A stretch of 64,000 bases of DNA from Candidatus Poribacteria bacterium (lineage in GTDB: Bacteria > Poribacteria > WGA-4E > PCPOR2b): positions 1,888,001 to 1,952,000 of the forward strand of contig OZ240245.1 in the NCBI GenBank assembly GCA_965198175.1. The letters are read 5' to 3'. This document shows positions 39,413 to 48,174 of this stretch, one piece after another. Position 1 is the stretch's first letter, and every line of letters starts with the position of its first letter. The notes below the pieces were generated by a model, which was given only the letters and a program-made list of their open reading frames with translations, was not told the DNA's origin and searched no databases. The position numbers were made by a program, and so were the translations under genes.

Positions 39413-40210
39413 ATGAAAGTTACATTGACGTTTTTATCCATGGTATTCGGTCTCGTGGTTTTCGGATTTATACTGACTGTGGAAAGCGATGCAAAGGTTG
39501 AATCCGCTGGCGCTTGGCTTTTGGATGAAGCTAAAGGAAATAAGGTTGAAGACGTTTCCGGTAACGGCATCAATGGAGAAATCCAGGGTGGCTATAAATA
39601 CGTTAAAGGCCAGTTCGGAGATGCGTTGGAGTTTAATGGACAGGACACGCTTGTTCTGTTCGAGAATGGCGATCCGAATCAGGCATTTGTTCTCCACCGT
39701 GACAAGGATGTTTCATTAATATTCTGGCTCCAACCTTTTGATGTCGACCATAGATCCATTTTCTGGACAAGAGGTAATGCCGCCGATACAGATAGATTTA
39801 ATTTCTATTCAGGTCCTGGCGAAACGTTTGGGTTCGATTACAGGGAAGCGGATCGGGCGGCGATTCACCTTCTCAGCCAAGAGATAGAGCTTCCCCCAAA
39901 GGAATGGTCCCATCTTGCGGTCGTAAGAGAAAGTGAAAATTACAAGGTTTACAGAAACGGGAAGGTAGTCTCGCAGAAGACAGATGCAAGTCCAAAACTG
40001 CCTGAGGCTACAAGCTGGATGATGTCGGGCAGACTGAATTTTAATCTTTTCGGGCTCATGGACGAAGTCGCGTTCTTCGAGTTCGTTCTGAGTGAAGCCG
40101 ATATCGCCAACATTATGAATAATGGACTAGTAGAATTTGCCGTGGAGGTTGCTGTAAAACCTTCAGACAAACTCACGACGGCTTGGGCACGGTTGAAGAC
40201 CGGTAGATAA
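39413..40210 (+). CDS. Secreted LamG (ConA-like) domain protein
   Basis: Signal peptide; DVSGNGING, GQFGDALEFNG, WSHLAVV, GLMDEVAFF; ends AVKPSDKLTTAWARLK; AGGAGGT RBS. Confidence 0.85.
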   Translation: MKVTLTFLSMVFGLVVFGFILTVESDAKVESAGAWLLDEAKGNKVEDVSGNGINGEIQGGYKYVKGQFGDALEFNGQDTLVLFENGDPNQAFVLHRDKDVSLIFWLQPFDVDHRSIFWTRGNAADTDRFNFYSGPGETFGFDYREADRAAIHLLSQEIELPPKEWSHLAVVRESENYKVYRNGKVVSQKTDASPKLPEATSWMMSGRLNFNLFGLMDEVAFFEFVLSEADIANIMNNGLVEFAVEVAVKPSDKLTTAWARLKTGR

Positions 40211-40369
40211 CGCCGCTTATGAGATTTAATCTAGATAGAGTATGCCTTATGGATAGATTTATGGTCTAGTTTGGCTAACAGTAAAGAAGGAAGACAACTT
40301 AGATTCAGTTGTAGTCTGCTTTGACAGATCTATAGAGAGGTTCCTGCTATCAGTAAATGGTTTTTCTAT

Positions 40370-40570
40370 ATGCAAGCTGTACAAGAGCTTCAATCAGACG
40401 TTTCCCAACTCTCGGCAGAGGAACTTGCCCGTTTCAGGGCATGGTTTGATGAATTCGATGCCGAAGTTTGGGATGGGCGGTTTGAAGAAGATGCAAAATC
40501 AGGAAAGTTAGATCGACTTGCAAACCGTGCAATTGCAAATTTTCGGGCAGGGAAGTGCGAACAATTATGA
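40370..40570 (+). CDS. Putative antitoxin, copy 2
   Basis: Near-identical paralog of 37679..37879. Confidence 0.7.
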   Translation: MQAVQELQSDVSQLSAEELARFRAWFDEFDAEVWDGRFEEDAKSGKLDRLANRAIANFRAGKCEQL

Positions 40571-40705
40571 ATCACTTCGCAGACCCTTGATATTGGGAGT
40601 GTTATCGAAAACTTCAGCAACATATTCAAGAACTGGCAGATGAAAATTTCAAACTCCTAAAGCGAGATTCGAGACATCCATATGAACGACTTTGGTGAAC
40701 TGTGA
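40567..40705 (+). pseudogene. Broken ParE/RelE-like toxin copy 2 joined to a DUF4268 start remnant
   Basis: In-frame TGA at codon 8; homology continues to RDSRHP; 40682-40705 reads MNDFGEL*, matching MNEFGEL at 38082. Confidence 0.7.
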
Positions 40706-40731
40706 AGAGGGGGATGGTGTTTGGCGCGAGC

Positions 40732-40856
40732 CTTGAAATAATCTGGGACTTGTGATAAGATTTCAAGTAGATGGGGAACCGCTGTTTTCGACTGGTTTCG
40801 CCTCGAAGCGTTGGATTTCATCTCAGATTATCTTGTGCGGTGTGAAAAGTCACGCC
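40732..40856 (+). promoter_or_regulatory. Promoter plus putative structured RNA leader, copy 2
   Basis: Repeat of 39188-39312 with -35/-10 boxes and stems retained. Confidence 0.65.
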
Positions 40857-40908
40857 GTACCGATTGTAACGTGTTACACATATCAATCTGTTGTCGAAGA
40901 GGAGAAGT

Positions 40909-41958
40909 ATGAAACAAATTAGCCGCATTTTGAGAATATACCCCTTTTGGGCATTAGGACTACTTTTAATCTGTGGTTGTGACTTAGTTCAGGAAATTAT
41001 CATTTCAGAACCATCAAGCGGGATGGATCCTGGATCGATTCACGTTACTATGGTATATCCAAGCGACTGTGTTGGGGATTCATCATACTGTGATAGTTTC
41101 CATATTGGGGTTAAAACTGCAGAGGCAGAACTCGGGATTAGCTTGACCGAGCTAGACGGAATGGAAAGCGATCCGGCAGCAACAGAAATGTTGTTAAGAG
41201 AAGCCGCGCAGAATTCAGACCTCGTTTTAGCGGCGGGTTACCAAATGGGAGCGCCGCTTGCTCGCGTGGCACCCGAATTTCTCGATGTCAAATTTGCAAT
41301 TTTTGATGTTGTCCTTGATGTCTCAAACGTAGCCTCCATCAACTATAAGGCAAACGAAGGCTCATTTCTGGTCGGGGCGATTGCGGCTTTGAAGACGGAA
41401 AGCGGTAAAATTGGATATATTGGCGGCGCAGATGTTCCGTTATTACACGAATTTGAAGCCGGTTACGTCGCAGGTATTCGTGCTATCAATCCGGATGCAG
41501 AGGTTCCCATAGAGTACATCAGCGAAAATGAAGCCGGTTTCAACCAGCCGGACAGAGCGAAAGAGATAGCGTTATCGCAATATGAGAGCGGAGTTGATGT
41601 CATTTACGTCGCTGCTGGCGGATCCGGTCAGGGAGTACTCGAAGCTGCCCAAGAGCAGGGAAAATTTATCATTTGGGTTGACTCCAACGGCAATTATCTC
41701 GCCCCGGGAATCGTCCTGACGAGCATGGTCAAAGAGCTTTCGGCTTCTGTAGAGAGAGTCATCAGCGAAACCGCTGACGGCAATTTTATGGCAGGGGTCC
41801 GATACCTCGGGCTTGAGGATGGCGGAGTCAGCTATGCCGTTGATGAACACAACCAAGCCTTGCTTTCGGATGAGATTTTACAGACTGTTGAATTATTGAA
41901 AGCAAAAATCATCGCCGGCGAAATTAATGTTCCGAATGAAGTCTCACTCCCCCGCTAA
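40909..41958 (+). CDS. BMP-family ABC substrate-binding lipoprotein (PnrA/TmpC-like)
   Basis: Lipobox ICG-C; NEGSFLVGAIAA, KIGYIGG, FEAGY, DVIYVAAGGSG, IWVDSN, LTSMVK; GAGGAG RBS. Confidence 0.88.
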   Translation: MKQISRILRIYPFWALGLLLICGCDLVQEIIISEPSSGMDPGSIHVTMVYPSDCVGDSSYCDSFHIGVKTAEAELGISLTELDGMESDPAATEMLLREAAQNSDLVLAAGYQMGAPLARVAPEFLDVKFAIFDVVLDVSNVASINYKANEGSFLVGAIAALKTESGKIGYIGGADVPLLHEFEAGYVAGIRAINPDAEVPIEYISENEAGFNQPDRAKEIALSQYESGVDVIYVAAGGSGQGVLEAAQEQGKFIIWVDSNGNYLAPGIVLTSMVKELSASVERVISETADGNFMAGVRYLGLEDGGVSYAVDEHNQALLSDEILQTVELLKAKIIAGEINVPNEVSLPR

Positions 41959-42159
41959 CTTAACCGGTCATCGCATGGCTGTGTGACGGTCATCCACGTG
42001 AGATGGCGCGGCGGTGGAATCTGTGAGAACCGATAACACAATAAGCACTTCTTTTTCAGCCCGATATGAGTTTGATGAACACCTCCGACACTGAATTACA
42101 GTTTCATCGTGATTTCTCACGATTTTAGGACATTGTTTGGTTCAATACGGGTTGGCGTA

Positions 42160-42777
42160 ATGAACTTCTTCAATCGGGAACGAAAACTCTTTGGCGATAG
42201 GCTTGAACCCGATGCCCCGAAACTTAGCGCACCGCTTGAGGCAACGAGTGAGAACGCGCCTCAAGAAGATGAATCTCACGAAGCGGAGAACGCGAAACAG
42301 GGCACGCTCATCTTCACCAATCGAGCGTCTCTTTTTTCTCAAGAGGCGTTGGATACCTTTTTCAACCACATCTCAGCCTTGATTCGCGGTGAGAAGAAAT
42401 ACGGGCGCGTACAGACATCGGATACAATCCGCGACTATTATGAGCAGGGGCGTTGTGTCATTGGCACTTCCGACTGTCAAGTGTGGGGATATGCTTGTGT
42501 CATACCAATCAACCACGAAATAGATGTCCTTGAAGCGACGATACGACGGGATTTCCAAAATACCCAACCCGCCAAACAGTTGGTCGAACTCCTTGCGCAG
42601 GGGCTGCTGTGCCCTGAAAAAACCGCCTTCGCGCTTTCGTGGACATCTTATACAAAACGACTCTTCGGCAAGTTGGGCTGGTTACCTTGTCAAATCAAAA
42701 GACTTGATTGTGGCACGAAAGAAGCACTTACAACCTATGATGAATTCGTCGAACGATACAATATCTTCATGCCCTGA
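42160..42777 (+). CDS. Hypothetical protein, GNAT-like fold
   Basis: VWGYACV, IRRDFQN, LFGKLGW pattern; start uncertain (ORF open from 42109). Confidence 0.45.
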   Translation: MNFFNRERKLFGDRLEPDAPKLSAPLEATSENAPQEDESHEAENAKQGTLIFTNRASLFSQEALDTFFNHISALIRGEKKYGRVQTSDTIRDYYEQGRCVIGTSDCQVWGYACVIPINHEIDVLEATIRRDFQNTQPAKQLVELLAQGLLCPEKTAFALSWTSYTKRLFGKLGWLPCQIKRLDCGTKEALTTYDEFVERYNIFMP

Positions 42778-42843
42778 TGTCTCTACGATAGAACCGTTGT
42801 GATGAGGGGTAATTCTTCAGCTTTCATTTTCAATTCCTAACAC

Positions 42844-43530
42844 ATGAAATCATCCGCCGGTATACCGCTGTTTAGTTTGGTTGCAGAAAGTGTAGCCTAC
42901 CAAGACACCGTGGCGTTGAAAAATATCACGCTGCAAATCGACAAGGGCGAAAAGGTTGCGCTTGTTGGTCCGAGCGGCGCCGGCAAAACCACTTTACTGC
43001 GCACACTCTACGAAAGCGTTGCGGGTCAGCCTTCATTCGTGCATCAGCACTATTCGCTTGTGCCGCAACTCTCCGCATTCCACAACATCTATATTGGGCG
43101 GCTCGATCGATATTCAACAGCCTATAACCTCCTGAACCTGATAAAACCGCAGAGGAAGGATCTGCAGGAAATTGTTCCTATCCTGCGCTCATTGGGGATG
43201 GAGGAGAAAACCTTTGACAAGGCTGGCGCGCTGTCTGGAGGACAGCAGCAGCGGGTCGCCGTTGCACGCGCGATTTACCGTGGAGAGGATATCCTATTGG
43301 CAGATGAACCGGTATCCTCCGTAGACCCTCATCAAGCAGGCACGGTGATGGAGCTCATCATGCAGAATGCGGAAACCGTTGTGGTGTCGCTGCACGCGGT
43401 GGAATTCGCTCTAAAGTTCGCGCAGCGAATGGTTGGGCTTCGCGAAGGAAAGGTTCAATTCGATCTGCCAGCCGGGGAAGTGACTCAGATGATGCTTACG
43501 GAGCTGTATCGGAATGAGAAAACCCTTTGA
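42844..43530 (+). CDS. PhnC-like ABC ATP-binding protein
   Basis: GPSGAGKTT, LVPQLSAFHNIYIGRL, LSGGQQQR, ADEPVSSVDP. Confidence 0.88.
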   Translation: MKSSAGIPLFSLVAESVAYQDTVALKNITLQIDKGEKVALVGPSGAGKTTLLRTLYESVAGQPSFVHQHYSLVPQLSAFHNIYIGRLDRYSTAYNLLNLIKPQRKDLQEIVPILRSLGMEEKTFDKAGALSGGQQQRVAVARAIYRGEDILLADEPVSSVDPHQAGTVMELIMQNAETVVVSLHAVEFALKFAQRMVGLREGKVQFDLPAGEVTQMMLTELYRNEKTL

Positions 43531-45053
43531 ATTCCGTACGTCTTAACGGGTATACTATCTCCATGTTGAGAACCAGCCTCGTTTTCGTCGCGATTGCACT
43601 GATTGCTCTGCTACTGGCGGATCTCGAAATCTCTACACTTAATCCTTGGACGGAACTGAGCCGGCTGGCTTGGGGGGCAATCACCCCGGATGTTCCTGCC
43701 CTCTGGGGTTTTAAATCCGCACTGCTCAACACGGCGATCTTTGCCGTCTGCGGTACTTTTCTCGGTGTTGTGCTCGGTATCGGGCTGGCGTTCGTTTTCC
43801 GTCTCAGGCCCGTCAGATTGTTCTGCGCCTTTATCCGCGCCATTCACGAGATTTTCTGGGCGTTTATCTTCTTGCCTATCGTTGGACTCAATTCAACCTG
43901 CGGTGTGCTTGCCATCGCGATTCCGTATGCAGGCATCTTTGCCAAGGTATATGCAGAGATTATCCAAGAATCGGATCGGGGTCCGCTGGAAGGGGTTCCT
44001 AACGCGTCCGGCGGGTTGAGCCGCTTTGTCTACGGCGTCCTGCCGGTCATCTATGCCGACACCAAACACTACACCGGCTACCGTTTCGAATGCGCCCTGC
44101 GCTCCAGCGCCATTCTCGGATTCATCGGACTGCCGACGCTCGGGTTCCACCTTGAGACCGCTTTTCGCGAGGGCTTGTATTCGGAGGCTTGGGCACTGCT
44201 CTATGCCTTCTATATCTTGATTGCCTCCCTCAAATACTGGCTCAAGCCACGCCTTGTTCTACTTTACGTTGCAGCGTCGTTCGTGTTGTTGTCAAAGACA
44301 ATCACTGTGTTGTGGGAGAACATTGTTCGATTTTTCACCTACGACATCCTCCCGTGGCCCATGCGTCGGGATGGATTCCACGACGGCACGCACGCGGTCT
44401 CGTTTGCGTGGGAGTCAATCCCGAGCTGGGCACACGAGATTTTTGTCCAAGAGGCTTGGGAGGGGATAGGGAATACCGTGGTGTTGACCCAGATTGTGCT
44501 GGTAGGAACGGGCGTATTTGCACTGCTCAGTTTTCCCTTCGCGTGCCGACACTTCTCAGGGAAAATCTTCAAGCGAATCTCGCACTACGGACTGATCGTC
44601 ATCCGCACCACACCGGAGTACATCCTAGCGTATATCCTTGTACAACTCTGGGGACCGTCTATGCTCCCAGCTGTTTGGGCGATTCTTCTGCATAACGGAG
44701 CAATCCTTGGGTTCCTGGCCAGCAACAACGCTGATCTGGTCTCGCTACAGGTAGATGCTCCCCAGAGACGGTTAGACCGGTATCTGTACGAAATCTTGCC
44801 ACGCGTATACGGACAGTTTCTCGCGTTCCTGTTTTACCGTTGGGAGGTGATGATGCGGGAGTCCGCCATCCTCGGCATACTTGGCATCTACACGCTGGGA
44901 TTCTACATCGAGAGCGCAATTTCTGATGACCAGATTGATAAGGTAGTTTTGCTGATTCTCATCACAGCGATACTCAATATGGGCATCGATACTGTGTCAC
45001 AGTTTGTACGGCGTCGCCTCAAAATCTCAACGAAGCTGGTGACATCTTCATGA
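43527..45053 (+). CDS. PhnE/PtxC-like ABC permease with two fused domains
   Basis: RAIHEIFWA, YRFECALRSSAILGFIG and YRWEVMMRESAILGILG; 4-nt overlap with the ATPase gene. Confidence 0.88.
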   Translation: MNSVRLNGYTISMLRTSLVFVAIALIALLLADLEISTLNPWTELSRLAWGAITPDVPALWGFKSALLNTAIFAVCGTFLGVVLGIGLAFVFRLRPVRLFCAFIRAIHEIFWAFIFLPIVGLNSTCGVLAIAIPYAGIFAKVYAEIIQESDRGPLEGVPNASGGLSRFVYGVLPVIYADTKHYTGYRFECALRSSAILGFIGLPTLGFHLETAFREGLYSEAWALLYAFYILIASLKYWLKPRLVLLYVAASFVLLSKTITVLWENIVRFFTYDILPWPMRRDGFHDGTHAVSFAWESIPSWAHEIFVQEAWEGIGNTVVLTQIVLVGTGVFALLSFPFACRHFSGKIFKRISHYGLIVIRTTPEYILAYILVQLWGPSMLPAVWAILLHNGAILGFLASNNADLVSLQVDAPQRRLDRYLYEILPRVYGQFLAFLFYRWEVMMRESAILGILGIYTLGFYIESAISDDQIDKVVLLILITAILNMGIDTVSQFVRRRLKISTKLVTSS

Positions 45054-45273
45054 GACCCTGGACATGCGTTCTCTCACGTCTGTGAGAAAACCGATGTCCA
45101 CCGACTTTCAGTAGCAACGGGTCAATTCGCTTCACCTTTTGTTATCGTGTGCGAAGACGAAGATAAGTATCTCCTTGTCACAGGATTTCAGACATTCTTC
45201 GCGGTGTTTCAGTAGAACAGAGTACAACTCATAACCACTTAACCGGCTTACAATGAAAGGAGACACGACTTAA

Positions 45274-45966
45274 ATGACTGAGAAGGAAATACTTGAAGAA
45301 CTGGAGGCGCTCGGCACAGCGCAGAACCGAAAAATCTATAAACGCCACGGTGCCGATGAGACGGTCTACGGCGTCAGTTTTGCCAATTTGAGAAAGATGC
45401 ACAAACGGATTAAAGTCGACCATGCGTTGGCGCTAAAGCTCTGGGAAACGGGCCAGCTCGAAGCTCGGCTCATCGCCTCCATGATCGCCGACCCAAAGTT
45501 GACGAATGAGGCTCTGCTGGAAGCTTGGGCGAATGACTTGAACAGTGGAATGGTAGCCGGTGAATTTGTAGACCTCGTCAGCAAAACGTCCTTTGCCCGC
45601 GCCAAAATGGAGCAGTGGAGCAACACAGAGGGCGAATGGATTGGGCGTGCAGGCTGGCAGCTTCTTGCTCACCTTGCCATGAAGGACGAAGGGTTGTCCG
45701 ACGATTTTTTTGAAAACTATCTTCAAATCATCTGGCAAGAGATTCACACGCGGAACAACATGGTGAGGGACGCCATGAATTCAGCGCTCATTGCCATCGG
45801 AATTCGCAACAGCAATTTGGAGAAACAGGCGCTTGCCGTTGCTGCTAACATCGGGAAGGTAAATGTCGATCACGGGGAGACCAATTGTAAGACACCCGAC
45901 GCCGCCGAATATATTCGTAAGACCCTCAATCGGAGACGGCAGAAAAATAAAAAAACAGCAGCTTGA
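45274..45966 (+). CDS. DNA alkylation repair protein (AlkD-like)
   Basis: YGVSFANLR, ALKLWETG, MNSALIAIG, VDHGETNCKTPDA. Confidence 0.85.
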   Translation: MTEKEILEELEALGTAQNRKIYKRHGADETVYGVSFANLRKMHKRIKVDHALALKLWETGQLEARLIASMIADPKLTNEALLEAWANDLNSGMVAGEFVDLVSKTSFARAKMEQWSNTEGEWIGRAGWQLLAHLAMKDEGLSDDFFENYLQIIWQEIHTRNNMVRDAMNSALIAIGIRNSNLEKQALAVAANIGKVNVDHGETNCKTPDAAEYIRKTLNRRRQKNKKTAA

Positions 45967-46176
45967 CCTGCTGTTTAAGACGGATTGCAATTGGAATAAT
46001 GGAACGGGACACAAAACGTATGCGCGGCATAAACCGTTTGTATTCACAGACCTGCGCCGCGCCAGACGGGTGGATTCTATGACTTCATGGATTCAACTCA
46101 ACCACCGATTTGAATATGTGCCGCCCGAATAGAGAGCTTACCGGCTCAAAAACATTCTTAAAAGATTACTTTCATT

Positions 46177-46215
46177 GAGCCATGAGTCATCAAAAAAGAT
46201 TCATGGCTCTTTTTT
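46177..46215 (+). terminator. Intrinsic terminator
   Basis: GAGCCATGAGTC...GATTCATGGCTC stem followed by T6. Confidence 0.65.
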
Positions 46216-46283
46216 AATGTTTGTCTATATTATATGATATTTTATAGGTATTGGCGAAATTGTATGAATTATTGTATTATGTC

Positions 46284-46312
46284 TTGACATACATTTATAA
46301 CTATGGTATATT
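46284..46312 (+). promoter_or_regulatory. Sigma70-type promoter
   Basis: TTGACA-N17-TATATT with TG extension, in AT-rich context. Confidence 0.6.
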
Positions 46313-46369
46313 CTATTCGCATCACAGCAACCAATAGATTCAAACATTTCATCAACTTCTAGGAAGAAG

Positions 46370-46650
46370 TTGACCTTGCGAAAGATATTGGAAAAATGCC
46401 CAACATGCGGCGGCGAATTGACAATCACAGGCTTGCATTGCCATGACTGCGATACCAAAATCGAAGGTCAGTATGAAACCTTCATCTTCTGTCACCTGTC
46501 AAGGAAATGCCTCGGCATTTTAAAATTCTTCGTCAGGAATCGGGGCAATGTCAAGTTGGAGCACTTGAAATATGCTTGAAGCCGACATCTAACTCAAAAA
46601 GCAGCTAGTTAGATGCAAGCTGTATTTTGGAGCAACTGGTCTGTGAACTA
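46370..46650 (+). pseudogene. DUF2089-like zinc-ribbon/HTH gene, apparently frameshifted
   Basis: CPTCGGELTIT..HCHDCDTKIEG, FFVRNRGNVK, then stop at 46579; ILEQL-like remnant further downstream. Confidence 0.55.
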
Positions 46651-46725
46651 TACGAAGCACAAGATGTTATAGCCATTGCAACCAAAAATTTCATGTTTTC
46701 TCATTGGTTTGTGGGCGCGGTTTCT

Positions 46726-46861
46726 TATAGTCAATTCCATTCAAATTTACACATGTTTCGGTAGGTGCGGTTTCCAACCGCACCTTCGGACGAGATAAAT
46801 ACCGGTTCGGTAAGGAAACCGAACCTACCGCAGTGTATAAATAAATATTGGTTTTGCTATA
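46726..46861 (-). mobile_element. 136-bp MITE-like element (copy 2, inverted)
   Basis: Reverse complement of 15277-15412 with few substitutions; TATA at both ends. Confidence 0.8.
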
Positions 46862-47008
46862 GGAAGTCCCGTTAATTTCCCTCCTTAATGCACAACCAGT
46901 TTTTTGCCATCCTTTTTGGGTTTCAAGAGCTCTAAAAAAAGGGCGCACCACTACGATAGCAGGCGTCTGATGGCATAACAAAATAACCAAAAATGAGAGG
47001 AGATCTAG

Positions 47009-47245
47009 ATGACAGAGGTTATGCTGATTGTAGCAATTGTGTTTGGAAGTATTATGGCTATAACGCTTGGATGTGTCTGGATGGGCACGTCCTACTCTAC
47101 AAAGAAACGCGGCTTTACAAAGGGCGCGTCCGAACGCGAGATAAAGCAACTGCATGAGCAAGTAGCGCAAATTCAGCAAGAGGTTCAGTTTCTGCAAAAA
47201 GAGGTGAAAACACTCATCCAAATCGCAAAAGGCATTGAAGAGTAA
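47009..47245 (+). CDS. Small membrane protein (TM helix plus coiled coil, PspB-like layout)
   Basis: GAGGAG RBS; N-terminal TM helix; EIKQLHEQVAQIQQEVQFL coiled coil. Confidence 0.6.
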   Translation: MTEVMLIVAIVFGSIMAITLGCVWMGTSYSTKKRGFTKGASEREIKQLHEQVAQIQQEVQFLQKEVKTLIQIAKGIEE

Positions 47246-47259
47246 GGGAGGGATGTTGC

Positions 47260-47601
47260 ATGGCACTGTTGCTTCTACTGCTTTTTCTAGGGCTGATGCT
47301 CTTTTTCATCATCAAATTTTCAGTGATTATTACAGTGATGGTAGCGATTGCTTTGGGCAGCATAACGGTCACGGTTCTTGTGATTGTCTGGTTGACAACA
47401 TCTCGTTCACTCAAAATAATGGGATACCATCGGTACAGCGCGCAAATGACCTATCAACGGGTAAAATCGGATTTAAGTCAGATTTCTGAGGATTTGAACG
47501 AGATTCGCTCGCAGTTACAAGAAGCTGCCCCTCGATTACAGGAAATGGAATTTCTGAAGTATTCGCGACGAGAGGACAGTGCGCATCGTAAGACTTCATA
47601 G
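47260..47601 (+). CDS. Small membrane protein with coiled-coil tail
   Basis: GGAGG RBS; two hydrophobic helices then a coiled coil. Confidence 0.55.
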   Translation: MALLLLLLFLGLMLFFIIKFSVIITVMVAIALGSITVTVLVIVWLTTSRSLKIMGYHRYSAQMTYQRVKSDLSQISEDLNEIRSQLQEAAPRLQEMEFLKYSRREDSAHRKTS

Positions 47602-47935
47602 ACCTACCGAAGCGACTCCACAATCAAGGTTTCTCATGCATCTGCTAGTCATTTCCATTCTGAAATATGCCCCGGACATTCTGTTTGCCGTTGGCGTGTA
47701 GTGAACTTAATTCCTCCTAGCGCTTGTGCTTATCATTACTTACGAATACTTGAGTGAGGTCCATAGCACCTCACTAACACAAGGACGCGCCAACTTGTTG
47801 GGGCACGACGTATATACCGCCCCACCTAACAAATGGTATTGAGGTAATGCGAACGATCAAACACCGGTTTTTGGCGAGACCTGACGAGCGAATTAACGCA
47901 TTAAAGAATCGGAATTCACTCAGGCAAATTTGCCG

Positions 47936-48121
47936 CTACGATCGATGTTTTTCTAGCGTCCTCCCCAGAAAGAAAATGAGAATGCCTACAGCCAATGAAC
48001 CCATCTCAGCGCCCATCGCTTTGCCTTCGCTTAGTCCATGTGGATTGATACATCCAATATACAAACCTGCCCCGAGAAACGCCATGCCGATTAGTTCTAA
48101 CGTTTTGCCAACAAGAAACAC
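47936..48121 (-). CDS. Small two-TM membrane protein
   Basis: GGAGG RBS before GTG at 48121; VFLVGKTLELIGMAFLGAGL...LIFFLGR. Confidence 0.55.
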   Translation of the reverse strand: MFLVGKTLELIGMAFLGAGLYIGCINPHGLSEGKAMGAEMGSLAVGILIFFLGRTLEKHRS

Positions 48122-48174
48122 GGTTCCTCCGAGGTCAAACGAGATATCGTGAACAAATGATTTGATGCTTAGGT

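Noticed and set aside
30381..42843. Integron cassette array
   Set aside because: Genes are co-oriented and include TA modules, but no intI and no convincing RYYYAAC...GTTRRRY attC hairpins were found; the GTTAGGT near 37472 lies in the IS3 remnant
46971..46986. Sigma-54 promoter before the small membrane genes
   Set aside because: TGGCA is present but there is no GC at the -12 position
46691..47266. 191-aa minus-strand ORF
   Set aside because: Runs antisense to a gene with a good RBS and through the MITE; its 3' part is just the translated repeat
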